Origin: Actinomycetota bacterium
Lineage (GTDB): Bacteria > Actinomycetota > UBA4738 > HRBIN12
Direction: 5' to 3'
DNA: 58,796 bases
NCBI GenBank assembly: GCA_052388025.1
Contig: JBQTIP010000209.1
Span: forward strand, 1-58,796
Of this stretch, positions 50,826 through 58,796 are shown one piece after another. Positions within the stretch are counted from its first letter, which is position 1. Every line of letters starts with the position of its first letter. The notes beneath the pieces were generated by a model. That model saw nothing but the letters and a program-made list of their open reading frames with translations, did no database searches and was not told where the DNA came from. Made by a program: the position numbers and the translations under genes.

Positions 50826-52100
50826 GTGAACGGACTGCGAGGCGTGAGACGCCGGGCCGTCGGGACTGTGGCCGGGCTGCTAACGGCGGTCGTCGGGCTC
50901 TCGTCGCTCGTCGGGGCGCAGACCGGCGGGGCCCCACCCCCGACGCCGGTCCCCCCGGCCGGGTCGCCGTCACCCTTCGTGACTACCCTCCGGACGCCTC
51001 CACCATCGCTCCGGGCACCCGAGACCGGCGCGGCCTCCGCCGTCCTCGCCGACCTTCGATCCGGACAGATCCTGTTCGTCGATAACCCCGACCTGCGCCG
51101 GCCGGTCGCCAGCCTGACCAAGATCATGACCGCGCTCGTAGTGCTCGAGCGCACCGACATGAAGGACGTGGTGACGGTGAGCAACGAGGCGGCGCCGTCC
51201 GGCGTGTCCAGAGGGCTCTCGGAGCTGGGGCTCCGGGTCGGGGAACAGATCAGCGTGCGAGAGCTCTCCTATGCGCTGCTCCTTCAGTCGGCGAACGACG
51301 CGGCGGACGCGCTCGCCGAACACGTCTCCGGATCGGTGGAGGCGTTCGTGGGGGACATGAATGCGCAAGCCGCCTGGTTGGGCCTGGCCGACACGCGCTT
51401 CCTCTCTCCCGGCGGGCTGGATGACCGGGGCTATTCGACGGCCCGAGACCTCGTGACGCTCACGCAGGCGGCCTACCGGCACGCCGGCTTCGCCCGTATC
51501 GTCGGCACTCAGTTCCACGAGATTCCCTCACCCACGGGAGAGCCGCGGCTCGTCCAGAACCGAAATGTCCTCCTTTGGCTGTACCCCGGCGCCATCGGGG
51601 TGAAGACGGGCTTCACTTCGGCGGCCGGGTTCTGCGTCGTGGCGGTGGCGGAGCGCGACGGACGCGCGCTGGTGGCGGTGGTTCTCGGAGCTTCGGGCGA
51701 GGCGTTCTCCGATGCCGCCGCGCTGCTCGACTATGGGTTCGGAGCGTTCGAGGAGCGTGCGCTGGTCGAGGAAGGAGAATCCTTCGGCTTCCTCACGTTG
51801 GGGGGACGGCCGGTACCCATCGTCGCGCGGAGCGCATTCACGGGGCTCGTGCCGCTCGCCGACGCGGCCGAGCCGGTCAGGCGGGTGCGGCTCGATACCG
51901 CCGTTGCGTTCCCTCCGGCTCCCGGCGAGCAGGTCGGAAGCGTCGCCGTGGCCCTCGGCGGTGTCCGCCTGGGCCGCGTTCCCCTCGTGGTGGCCAGCGT
52001 GCCCCCGCCCCCGCCACCTCCTCCAGGGCCGTGGTGGCGACGGACGATATCGGCCGTGGCCGGGGCCGTCGGCGGACTCCTCCACGCGCTGCTCGGATGA
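50826..52100 (+). CDS. D-alanyl-D-alanine carboxypeptidase (S11, PBP5-type)
   Basis: Signal peptide. SLTK (SxxK), SAND (SxN) and KTGFT (KTG) motifs. Pro-rich C-terminal tail. Confidence 0.88.
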   Translation: MNGLRGVRRRAVGTVAGLLTAVVGLSSLVGAQTGGAPPPTPVPPAGSPSPFVTTLRTPPPSLRAPETGAASAVLADLRSGQILFVDNPDLRRPVASLTKIMTALVVLERTDMKDVVTVSNEAAPSGVSRGLSELGLRVGEQISVRELSYALLLQSANDAADALAEHVSGSVEAFVGDMNAQAAWLGLADTRFLSPGGLDDRGYSTARDLVTLTQAAYRHAGFARIVGTQFHEIPSPTGEPRLVQNRNVLLWLYPGAIGVKTGFTSAAGFCVVAVAERDGRALVAVVLGASGEAFSDAAALLDYGFGAFEERALVEEGESFGFLTLGGRPVPIVARSAFTGLVPLADAAEPVRRVRLDTAVAFPPAPGEQVGSVAVALGGVRLGRVPLVVASVPPPPPPPPGPWWRRTISAVAGAVGGLLHALLG

Positions 52101-52119
52101 GCGGCTACAATCGCGCCGG

Positions 52120-52716
52120 ATGTCGGAGGTCGCGAGCGTCTTGTACGGGCGCGAGGATGTCCGCCGGCGGATCGAGGAGCTCGGCCGCACCATCACCGGG
52201 GACTACGAGGGGCGCGAGCCCGTCCTGATCTCGGTCCTGAAGGGCGGGTCGGTGTTCCTCGCGGACCTGTTCCGGGAGATCCGCCTCCCGCTCTCCGTGG
52301 AGTTCATGTCGATCTCGCGCTACGGCGAGGCTGCCGAGTCCATGGGGCGGGTTCGAATCCTGAAAGACCTCGACGCCGACATCGGGGGTCGGGACGTCCT
52401 GATCGTCGAGGACATCGTTGACACGGGCCTCACGCTTTCATATCTGATCTCCGTCCTCGCGTCGCGGAATCCCGCCTCGGTCGAGATCTGCGCGCTGCTG
52501 GACAAGTCCGTACGGCGGATCGCCCCGCTAGAGATCCGCTATCGCGGGTTCGACTGTCCCGATCGGTTCGTGGTCGGGTTCGGACTGGATTTCGAGGAGC
52601 GCTACCGGAACCTGCCCGACATCCTGGCGGTCGAGGACTTCCCGTCCCTCGCGGCGAACCCGAATCTGCTGCTGCCCTTCCTAGTCGCAGACGGCGCCGG
52701 CCGTGAGGTTGTCTGA
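52120..52716 (+). CDS. hpt: hypoxanthine phosphoribosyltransferase
   Basis: ATG 52120. VLIVEDIVDTGLTLSYL PRPP motif, VGFGLDFEERYRNLP. Confidence 0.9.
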   Translation: MSEVASVLYGREDVRRRIEELGRTITGDYEGREPVLISVLKGGSVFLADLFREIRLPLSVEFMSISRYGEAAESMGRVRILKDLDADIGGRDVLIVEDIVDTGLTLSYLISVLASRNPASVEICALLDKSVRRIAPLEIRYRGFDCPDRFVVGFGLDFEERYRNLPDILAVEDFPSLAANPNLLLPFLVADGAGREVV

Positions 52717-52749
52717 CGTGGGGGGTCGGGCTACAGTCGTGCCTGAGCC

Positions 52750-53226
52750 ATGATCGAAATGAATCTCGCCGGCGTTCGGATCGAGCTCCCCGGAAACCAG
52801 CCGATCGTGCTCCTCCGCGAGCGGGAGGGCGAGCGATTCCTCCCTATCTGGATCGGCAACGCGGAGGCGCAGGCCATCGCGCTCGCGCTCCAGGGCGTCG
52901 TCACGCCCCGCCCGATGACGCACGACCTGCTCCGCAACATACTCGAGGAGCTCGCGGTGCAGGTGCAGAGCATCGCGATCACCGAGCTCCGCGACGGCAC
53001 CTTCTACGCCGTGATCAACATGCAGCGCAACGGCACCGCGCTCGCGATCTCTTCGCGGCCGAGCGACGCCATAGCGCTCGCAGTACGCCTCGAGTGCCCG
53101 ATCTTCGCCAGCGAGGACGTTCTGTCCGAGGCCTCCATCCTGATACCTGCCGGTGAGGAGGATGAAGAGGAGGTCGAGCGGTTCCGCGAGTTCCTCGAGA
53201 ACGTCAACCCGGAGGACTTCGTATAG
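52750..53226 (+). CDS. bifunctional nuclease family protein (DUF151)
   Basis: 158 aa. PIVLLREREGERFLPIWIGNAEAQAIALAL...RPMTHDLL is typical of DUF151 (Rv1829 position). Confidence 0.82.
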   Translation: MIEMNLAGVRIELPGNQPIVLLREREGERFLPIWIGNAEAQAIALALQGVVTPRPMTHDLLRNILEELAVQVQSIAITELRDGTFYAVINMQRNGTALAISSRPSDAIALAVRLECPIFASEDVLSEASILIPAGEEDEEEVERFREFLENVNPEDFV

Positions 53227-53437
53227 CGGCCGGCCCGGGGCCGGCTCGTCCGTAGAGGACCGGTCCCTAGACGCTCCCAGCACCACACAGGGAGGCGCTC
53301 TCTTTCGAGATCACGATGAGAACGTAGGCTGCGCGTCATCACTGCACCCGCTGCGGCGAGCGTCGACGGAAAGCGTGGCGATCAGCTTGAGCGAAGAGAG
53401 CCCGTGGTCGGCGCGTGCCGAGTTGAGACCGGGGTGG

Positions 53438-53487
53438 TTGACACCGTCGTCGCGGGTCACTAGCGTACGCTACGCCCGCGTAATTAC
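53438..53487 (+). promoter_or_regulatory. consensus-like promoter with two perfect palindromes upstream of the MerR gene
   Basis: TTGACA (53438-43), 17-nt spacer, TAGCGT (53461-66). 12-nt palindrome TAGCGTACGCTA (53461-72) overlaps the -10. 10-nt palindrome CGTAATTACG (53478-87). Confidence 0.5.
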
Positions 53488-53493
53488 GGAGTT

Positions 53494-53943
53494 GTGATGG
53501 CGGAAGAGGGATATCGTGTCCCCGACGTCTGCAGGATCGTCGGGATCAGCTACCGGCAGCTCGACTACTGGGCCCGGACCGGCCTCGTGAGGCCCTCAGT
53601 CAAGGACGCCCAGGGATCCGGAACCCAGCGCCTGTACTCGTTCCAGGATCTCGTCGCGCTCAAGGTCATCAAGAGCCTGCTGGATACCGGCGTGTCCCTC
53701 CAGCGGGTCCGACGGGCCGTGGAGTATCTCCGGGACATGAAGAAGCCCGCCCACGGCGTCACGTTGATGTCGGACGGCGTGCGAATCTACGAGGCCGAAT
53801 CGCCTGAGGCCATCGTGGACCTCCTCTCCAAAGGGCAGGGCGTGTTCGCCATCGCGGTCGACAGGGTATGGACCGATCTCGAGGGAACCCTGGCCAAGGG
53901 GAGAAGGAAACCTCGCGAGGTCGCTCGGGCAAGCGAGGCGTGA
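53494..53943 (+). CDS. MerR-family transcriptional regulator (Rv1830-position homologue)
   Basis: 149 aa. YRVPDVCRIVGISYRQLDYWARTGLVRPS HTH. Confidence 0.85.
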   Translation: MMAEEGYRVPDVCRIVGISYRQLDYWARTGLVRPSVKDAQGSGTQRLYSFQDLVALKVIKSLLDTGVSLQRVRRAVEYLRDMKKPAHGVTLMSDGVRIYEAESPEAIVDLLSKGQGVFAIAVDRVWTDLEGTLAKGRRKPREVARASEA

Positions 53944-54311
53944 CCTCGCAGACGGCGGCCGACGCGCCGGCCCTCAAGAGCGACACCGTCCGTTTCGCGC
54001 ATGCCAGCGAGCGCCAGTTCGCAAAGCTGTTGGACTTCTACCAGATCGACTGGGAGTACGAGCCGACGTCGTTCGACTTGGACTGGGACAAACAGGGCAA
54101 TGTCATCCAGCGGTTCACGCCCGACTTCTACCTTTCCCAGTACGACCTTCACATCGAGATCACTACGCTCAACCAGAAGCTCGTGACGAAGAAGAACCGG
54201 AAGATTCGCCGCCTGCGGGAACTCTACCCGGGCGTCAACTGCAAGATCTTCTACCAGCGCGACTACCTGTCGCTCGTCACGAAGTACGGCCTGGAGGACG
54301 TGACGACCTGA
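53940..54311 (+). CDS. conserved hypothetical protein with possible PD-(D/E)xK-like core
   Basis: GTG 53940 overlaps the MerR stop (GTGA). ...RFTPDFYLSQYDLHIEITT...KKNRKIRRL. Family not recognised. Confidence 0.6.
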   Translation: MTSQTAADAPALKSDTVRFAHASERQFAKLLDFYQIDWEYEPTSFDLDWDKQGNVIQRFTPDFYLSQYDLHIEITTLNQKLVTKKNRKIRRLRELYPGVNCKIFYQRDYLSLVTKYGLEDVTT

Positions 54312-54354
54312 GCCTCGGGTGACCGTCCGGCCCGCCGTAGACTACGGGGGAGCG

Positions 54355-55677
54355 ATGAGGTTCGCGCCGCATACCGACGAGGACGTCCGCGACATGCTGG
54401 CCCGCTGCGGCCTCGAGTCGCTCGACCGGCTGTTCGACCAGATCCCACCGGAAGTGCGCCTGGATCGACCGCTGTCCATCCCACGCGGCGTCTCGGAGAT
54501 GGAGATCGTTGCGGACCTGCGAGCGCTGGCCGCCCGTGACCGGCACGCCGACGACCTGATCTGCTTTGCGGGCGCCGGCGCCTACGACCACTATGTGCCC
54601 TCCGTCGTGTGGGCCCTCGCCGGACGCTCCGAGATCTACACTTCGTACACCCCTTACCAACCGGAGCTCTCTCAGGGCGTGCTGCAGGCGCTGTTCGAGT
54701 ACCAATCGATGATCTGCGAGTTGACGGGGCTGGACGTGTCCAACGCGTCCCTGTACGACGGCGCCACGGCTCTTTCGGAGGCGGTCAACCTCACGCGTTC
54801 CTCCGACCGCCGACGTGTCCTCGTGTCCTCGGGCGTCGATCCGAGGTACGTGGAGACCCTTCGCACCTACGGAAGGGGTGAGGGATACGAACCGGAGATG
54901 TTCGGGGGAGACGCCGGAAGGGGCGGCGTACCTGAGGTGGGATCCGACGTCGCCGCCGTGGTCGTGCAGCACCCCAACATCTACGGCGTCCTCGAGCCGG
55001 TCCGCGATCTGTTCGACCGGGCACACGATGGGGGAGCGAGCGCCGTCCAGGTGTTCGATCCGCTCTCGCTCGGGATCCTGGCGCCCCCCGGCGAGGTCGG
55101 TGCCGACGTCGCGGTGGCTGAGGGCCAGTCGCTCGGGAACCACCTGAGCTACGGTGGCCCGTACCTCGGGATCATCGCCACCAGGCTGGATCACGTGCGC
55201 AGGCTCCCCGGAAGGATCGTGGGAGAGACCCTCGACGTCGACGGAAGACGCGGGTACGTGCTCACGCTCCAGGCCCGTGAGCAGCACATCCGCCGTGAGA
55301 AGGCCACCTCCAACATCTGCACGAACCAGACGCTGATGGCGGTCGCCGCGACCGTGTACCTGGCCTGGCTCGGCCCAGAGGGGTTGCAAGAGGTCGGTCG
55401 CCAGTGCGCCGCGAAGGCGAGCTACGCGGCGAAGCGCCTGACGGAGATCCCCGGCGTGGAGCTGCTCTTCCCGGACGCGCCCTTCTTCAAGGAGTTCGCG
55501 ATCCGGCTCCCACGCGACGCCGCCGAGGTTCGCGACGACCTGATCGAGCGAGGCTTCCTGGCGGGCGTGCCGCTCGCGGACGGCGACGGACGCGGCCTCG
55601 TGGTGGCGATCACGGAGCGGCGATCTCGCGACGACATCGACCGGCTCGCCGAGGCCATGGCGGAGGCGCTCGGGTGA
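54355..55677 (+). CDS. gcvPA: glycine dehydrogenase (aminomethyl-transferring) subunit 1
   Basis: MRFAPHTDEDVRDML, YTPYQPELSQG, QAREQHIRREKATSNICTNQ. Confidence 0.92.
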   Translation: MRFAPHTDEDVRDMLARCGLESLDRLFDQIPPEVRLDRPLSIPRGVSEMEIVADLRALAARDRHADDLICFAGAGAYDHYVPSVVWALAGRSEIYTSYTPYQPELSQGVLQALFEYQSMICELTGLDVSNASLYDGATALSEAVNLTRSSDRRRVLVSSGVDPRYVETLRTYGRGEGYEPEMFGGDAGRGGVPEVGSDVAAVVVQHPNIYGVLEPVRDLFDRAHDGGASAVQVFDPLSLGILAPPGEVGADVAVAEGQSLGNHLSYGGPYLGIIATRLDHVRRLPGRIVGETLDVDGRRGYVLTLQAREQHIRREKATSNICTNQTLMAVAATVYLAWLGPEGLQEVGRQCAAKASYAAKRLTEIPGVELLFPDAPFFKEFAIRLPRDAAEVRDDLIERGFLAGVPLADGDGRGLVVAITERRSRDDIDRLAEAMAEALG

Positions 55678-57146
55678 TCGGAGCGCCGCTCAGACGCCAA
55701 GGCCCTCCTGGCGGCGGGACCGTGAAGGAGCTGTCCCGGCCGGGCCGGCGGGCCTCGAGCTTCCCGGAGCTGGACGTCCCGAAGGTCGCGACGCCGCCGG
55801 AGCACGCGAGGCGGCGGCCGGCGGAGCTCCCGGAGGTGGGGGAGATCGACCTCATCCGCCACTACACCCGACTCTCCCAGGCGAACTACGGGGTGGACAC
55901 CGGGTTCTACCCGCTCGGCTCCTGCTCGATGAAGTACAACCCGAAGGTCGCCGAGACGGTGGCGGCCCTCCCCGGCTTCCAGAGGGCTCACCCCCTGCAG
56001 CCCGACCACACCATGCAGGGGGCGTTGGAGATGCTGTGGCGCCTGGAGAGCGCCCTGTGCGAGGTGACCGGGATGTCCCGCGCGACGCTCCAGCCGCCCG
56101 CCGGCGCCTGCGGGGAGCTGACGGGCCTGCTCGTCATGCGGGCCCACCACATCGGATCCGGGGTGGCCAGGAGCAAGGTCGTGATCCCGGATTCGTCCCA
56201 CGGCACGAACCCGGCGAGCGTGCGGCTGGCCGGCTATCAGGCAATCGCGGTTCCCTCCGACTCGCGCGGGCTGGTCGACGTGTCGGCCCTCGAGAAGCTC
56301 GTGGACGAGGACATCGCGGGCCTCATGCTGACCAACCCCAACACCCTCGGGCTGTTCGAAGAGGAGATCGAGGAGATCGCCCGCGTGATGCACGGCGTCG
56401 GTGGGTTGCTGTACTACGACGGGGCGAACCTGAACGCGATCCTTGGCCGCTGCAGGCCCGGTGACATGGGATTCGACATCGTTCACATCAACACGCACAA
56501 GACCTTCGCCACCCCCCACGGAGGGGGAGGGCCCGGGGCCGGCCCCGTCGCGGTCACGGCCGAGCTGGCTCGCTATCTCCCCTCGCCGCTCGTCGAGCGG
56601 GACGACGCAACCGGGGCCTTCCGCCTGGAGCACGACCGGCCGGACTCGATCGGACGCATGCACGGGTTCAACGGCAACTTCGGGGTCCTCGTTCGCGCGT
56701 ACGCCTACGTGTTCCTGCACGGCGCCGACGGCTTGCGCGCGGTGGGCGAGCGGGCCGTACTGAACGCCAACTACCTGGCCGAGCTGATCAAGGATGTCTA
56801 CCCGCTCGCGTACCCGTCCGGGCGACCCATGCACGAGTTCGTGTCGACCGCGCGGCGATTCAAGGAAGAGCACAACGTGCGGGCCATGGACATCGCGAAG
56901 CGGGTCATCGACCTCGGGTTCCACCCCTCCACGGTGTACTTCCCGCTCGTGGTGGAGGAGGCGATGATGATCGAGCCCACCGAGACGGAGTCGAAGGAGA
57001 CCCTCGACGCCTTCGCCGCCGCGCTTCTTCAGGCGGCGGAGGAGGCCGGGAGCGAGCCCGAGCTGCTCCACCAGGCCCCGGTCACCACGCCGGTCAGACG
57101 TCTCGACGAAGCTCGCGCGGCCAGGCACCTCAAGCTCCGCTGGTAG
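55674..57146 (+). CDS. gcvPB: glycine dehydrogenase (aminomethyl-transferring) subunit 2
   Basis: GTG 55674 overlaps the gcvPA stop. PLGSCSMKYNP. PLP-lysine region HINTHKTFATPHGGGGPG. Confidence 0.92.
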   Translation: MIGAPLRRQGPPGGGTVKELSRPGRRASSFPELDVPKVATPPEHARRRPAELPEVGEIDLIRHYTRLSQANYGVDTGFYPLGSCSMKYNPKVAETVAALPGFQRAHPLQPDHTMQGALEMLWRLESALCEVTGMSRATLQPPAGACGELTGLLVMRAHHIGSGVARSKVVIPDSSHGTNPASVRLAGYQAIAVPSDSRGLVDVSALEKLVDEDIAGLMLTNPNTLGLFEEEIEEIARVMHGVGGLLYYDGANLNAILGRCRPGDMGFDIVHINTHKTFATPHGGGGPGAGPVAVTAELARYLPSPLVERDDATGAFRLEHDRPDSIGRMHGFNGNFGVLVRAYAYVFLHGADGLRAVGERAVLNANYLAELIKDVYPLAYPSGRPMHEFVSTARRFKEEHNVRAMDIAKRVIDLGFHPSTVYFPLVVEEAMMIEPTETESKETLDAFAAALLQAAEEAGSEPELLHQAPVTTPVRRLDEARAARHLKLRW

Positions 57147-57214
57147 GCCCCCCACACGTGCTCCGTAGAGCGGCCGGCCTACCGCATTGGGCCTGGTCGT
57201 GACCCGATCGAGCT

Positions 57215-57400
57215 AAAGACGGGGGGCCCGTTTGCCGATACGCGTATAGGCAGCAAGAACAGGGTTGGTCCCGAAAGGGCAAACCGTCGGAAACGGCGGC
57301 ACGCAAAGCTCAGGGCCTTAGCGCCGAGAGGCGAAGGCAGCCGAGCCGTCGAAGGACTGAGAGCCCCCAGCAGGGCCCCCGGTCCCAGGGACCCTGGATT
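57215..57400 (+). ncRNA. candidate structured 5' leader (unclassified) upstream of the CAP-domain gene
   Basis: Three GNRA-capped hairpins: 57263-85 (GAAA), 57284-99 (GAAA) and 57322-33 (GAGA). A possible closing helix pairs GGCCC 57225-29 with GGGCC 57313-17. Some resemblance to ydaO-class motifs (GACGGGGGGCCC, CCGAGCCGTC), but not diagnostic. Confidence 0.3.
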
Positions 57401-57411
57401 GGGAGGCTCGC

Positions 57412-57870
57412 ATGGTTCGAGGCGTCGCCGGCCGAAGGGGGCTGGGGGCGATCGTGGCGGCCCTGCTCGCTGCGTTCCTCCTCGTCGGACTCGTCCCGCC
57501 CGCAGACGCCCAGACGAGGGCCCGCAACACGATGCTGGCCCTAACGAACGAGGATCGGGCGGACCGTGAGGTGGCGGGATTGGAGCTCAACATCCGTCTC
57601 TCCCGCGTCGCCAAACAGCACAGCCGTGAGATGGCCAACGCAGGGAGCATCTACCACTCGTCGAACCTGACCGGCGCGCTGGCTCCCTACGATTGGTCGA
57701 TCGGCGGGGAGAACGTGGGGAGCGGCGGGTCGCTCGAGAGCCTGGAGACGGCCTTCATGGCGAGCACCGCCCACAGGAGGAACATCCTCCGGAAGTCCTT
57801 CGATCACGTCGGGATCGGCGTCGTCAAACGGGACGGCACGTACTGGGTGACGCTGATCTTCTACGGCTAA
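57412..57870 (+). CDS. secreted CAP/SCP (YkwD-like) domain protein
   Basis: Signal peptide. NEDRA...HSREMAN...GENVG...AFMASTAHRRNIL...FDHVGIGV. Confidence 0.82.
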   Translation: MVRGVAGRRGLGAIVAALLAAFLLVGLVPPADAQTRARNTMLALTNEDRADREVAGLELNIRLSRVAKQHSREMANAGSIYHSSNLTGALAPYDWSIGGENVGSGGSLESLETAFMASTAHRRNILRKSFDHVGIGVVKRDGTYWVTLIFYG

Positions 57871-57872
57871 CC

Positions 57873-57927
57873 AAGAGGCTCGGGAAGCACGAGGCGGCCA
57901 GGGCTCCGAGAGCCCGGGCAGCCTCTT
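57873..57927. terminator. GC-rich inverted repeat between convergent genes
   Basis: AAGAGGCT (57873-80) pairs with AGCCTCTT (57920-27), enclosing an inner GGGCTC-CGA-GAGCCC hairpin (57901-15). Confidence 0.4.
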
Positions 57928-57950
57928 CGTTCTGTTCGCGCAGGCCTAGC

Positions 57951-58796
57951 CTAGGCGTCCGAGTCGCCGAGCGTCCGGCGGCCTAGGTAGAGCAGGCCAC
58001 TTCCCAGCACAAGCAGGGCGAGCGCAAGGAGGCCGAGACCGGCCGATCCGGCGCCCGTGAATGCGACCCCGCCCACGGTGGGAGTGGGCGTCGGCGTGAC
58101 GACTCCACCCTCAACGCAGTCGACGGTCACGGTGACCGGGTTGCTCTCGGCCGAGCCCTCGTCGTGCGTGACCGTGGCTGTGTTGGTCACGCTCGGGCAG
58201 GCGTCCTCGGTGGCGGTCACGTTGATCGTAATCGTCACGCTCTCGCCCGGGCCCAGGTCTCCTATGAGGCAGGTGACCGTCTGACCGTTCACCGAGCAGT
58301 TCGGGCCGTCGACGCTGTCGATGGTTAGGCCGTCGGGCACCGTGTCGGTGACGATCACGTTGTGGGCGGTGCCGGTGCCGTTGTTGGTCACGGTGATCGT
58401 GTAGCTGAACGACTCGCCGGCGACGACGCCGCCTCCGGGAGCGTCGGCGTTCTTCACGATGCCGACATCGGGCTGGCAGTTCACCCCTACCGTGACCGGG
58501 TTGCTGCCGACCGATACCGAGCCGTCCCCTTGATCGAACGTGACGGTCGCCTGGTTCGTCACGCTCGGGCAGGCGCCCTCGTCGGCGGTCACGTTGATCG
58601 TGATCTCCACGCTCGCGCCAGGGGCCAGGTCGCCGACGTTGCACGTTGCGGTCTGGCCGACGACCGAGCAGTTCGGGCCCGAGACGCTCGTGATCGTGAG
58701 CCCTGCCGGCAAGGTGTCGGTAACGACCACGTCGTGGGCCGTGGCGTCGCCGTTGTTCGTGACGGTGATCGTGAAGCTGAACGAGTCACCTGGCTG
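57951..58796 (-). CDS. cell-surface protein with tandem DUF11 repeat domains and a C-terminal sortase-type sorting signal (5' end outside the window)
   Basis: The frame is open to the window edge. Repeats contain TITVTNNG..AH(D/N)V.VTDT.P.GLTI.SV.GPNCSV. C-terminus is VAFTGAG plus a hydrophobic stretch plus GRR (LAxTG-like). Confidence 0.8.
   Translation of the reverse strand, partial: QPGDSFSFTITVTNNGDATAHDVVVTDTLPAGLTITSVSGPNCSVVGQTATCNVGDLAPGASVEITINVTADEGACPSVTNQATVTFDQGDGSVSVGSNPVTVGVNCQPDVGIVKNADAPGGGVVAGESFSYTITVTNNGTGTAHNVIVTDTVPDGLTIDSVDGPNCSVNGQTVTCLIGDLGPGESVTITINVTATEDACPSVTNTATVTHDEGSAESNPVTVTVDCVEGGVVTPTPTPTVGGVAFTGAGSAGLGLLALALLVLGSGLLYLGRRTLGDSDA
58100..58796. repeat. tandem coding repeat, period 372 nt (124 aa)
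   Basis: GTCACGCTCGGGCAG at 58186 and again at 58558. The protein TDT motif recurs at residues 4-6 and 128-130. Confidence 0.8.

Noticed and set aside
54312-54354. Glycine riboswitch upstream of gcvPA or gcvH
   Set aside because: Only 43 nt precede gcvPA and 1 nt precedes gcvH. There is no room for the tandem glycine aptamers.
55422-57155. 577-aa minus-strand ORF
   Set aside because: It is antisense to gcvPB, whose PLP-lysine region and conserved motifs are clear. This is a high-GC open-frame artefact.
57215-57360. Confident assignment of the CAP-gene leader to the ydaO (c-di-AMP) riboswitch class
   Set aside because: Two short blocks resemble ydaO, but the highly conserved AGCUAACC segment and the pseudo-twofold architecture could not be recognised by eye. 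It is kept only as an unclassified candidate.

Overview
High-GC chromosomal core region with Actinomycetota-like gene order. By recollection it parallels the Mycobacterium/Corynebacterium neighbourhoods infC-rpmI-rplT-trmH-pheST, tyrS...tlyA-nadK-steAB-pyrG-xerD...scpAB-rluB...cmk-der, and gcvH-garA-MerR...DUF151-MerR-gcvP. The window holds about 55 protein genes, almost all housekeeping and many translationally coupled by 4-nt overlaps. It also holds one tRNA-Pro(GGG) and one complete rrn operon (16S-23S-5S, about 15026-21474). No CRISPR array, transposase, IS element or prophage was seen. The standout feature is the 23S gene, which spans about 4.56 kb. Two inserts of about 0.7 kb interrupt universally conserved rRNA sequence, one after the E. 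coli U1931 equivalent (domain IV) and one after the U2604 equivalent (domain V, peptidyl-transferase region). Both inserts obey group I intron rules: the 5' exon ends in U and the insert ends in G. P3, P7, P8 and GNRA-capped P9 pairings can be read directly in both. For the second insert, textbook P1 and P10 guide pairings can also be read. Each insert encodes a single-motif LAGLIDADG homing endonuclease, and the two inserts are paralogous. Secondary observations:
- a TrmH/SpoU methyltransferase fused in frame to a HisKA plus degenerate HATPase module;
- a multiply frameshifted DUF1015 pseudogene;
- an infC gene that needs a non-AUG/GUG start behind a promoter-hairpin-U-tract leader;
- a 265-nt leader rich in GNRA hairpins upstream of a secreted CAP-domain protein;
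- a 21-nt motif shared by the deoA and garA-like leaders;
- a palindrome-rich promoter upstream of a MerR regulator;
- a partial sortase-type surface protein built of DUF11 repeats at the window end.
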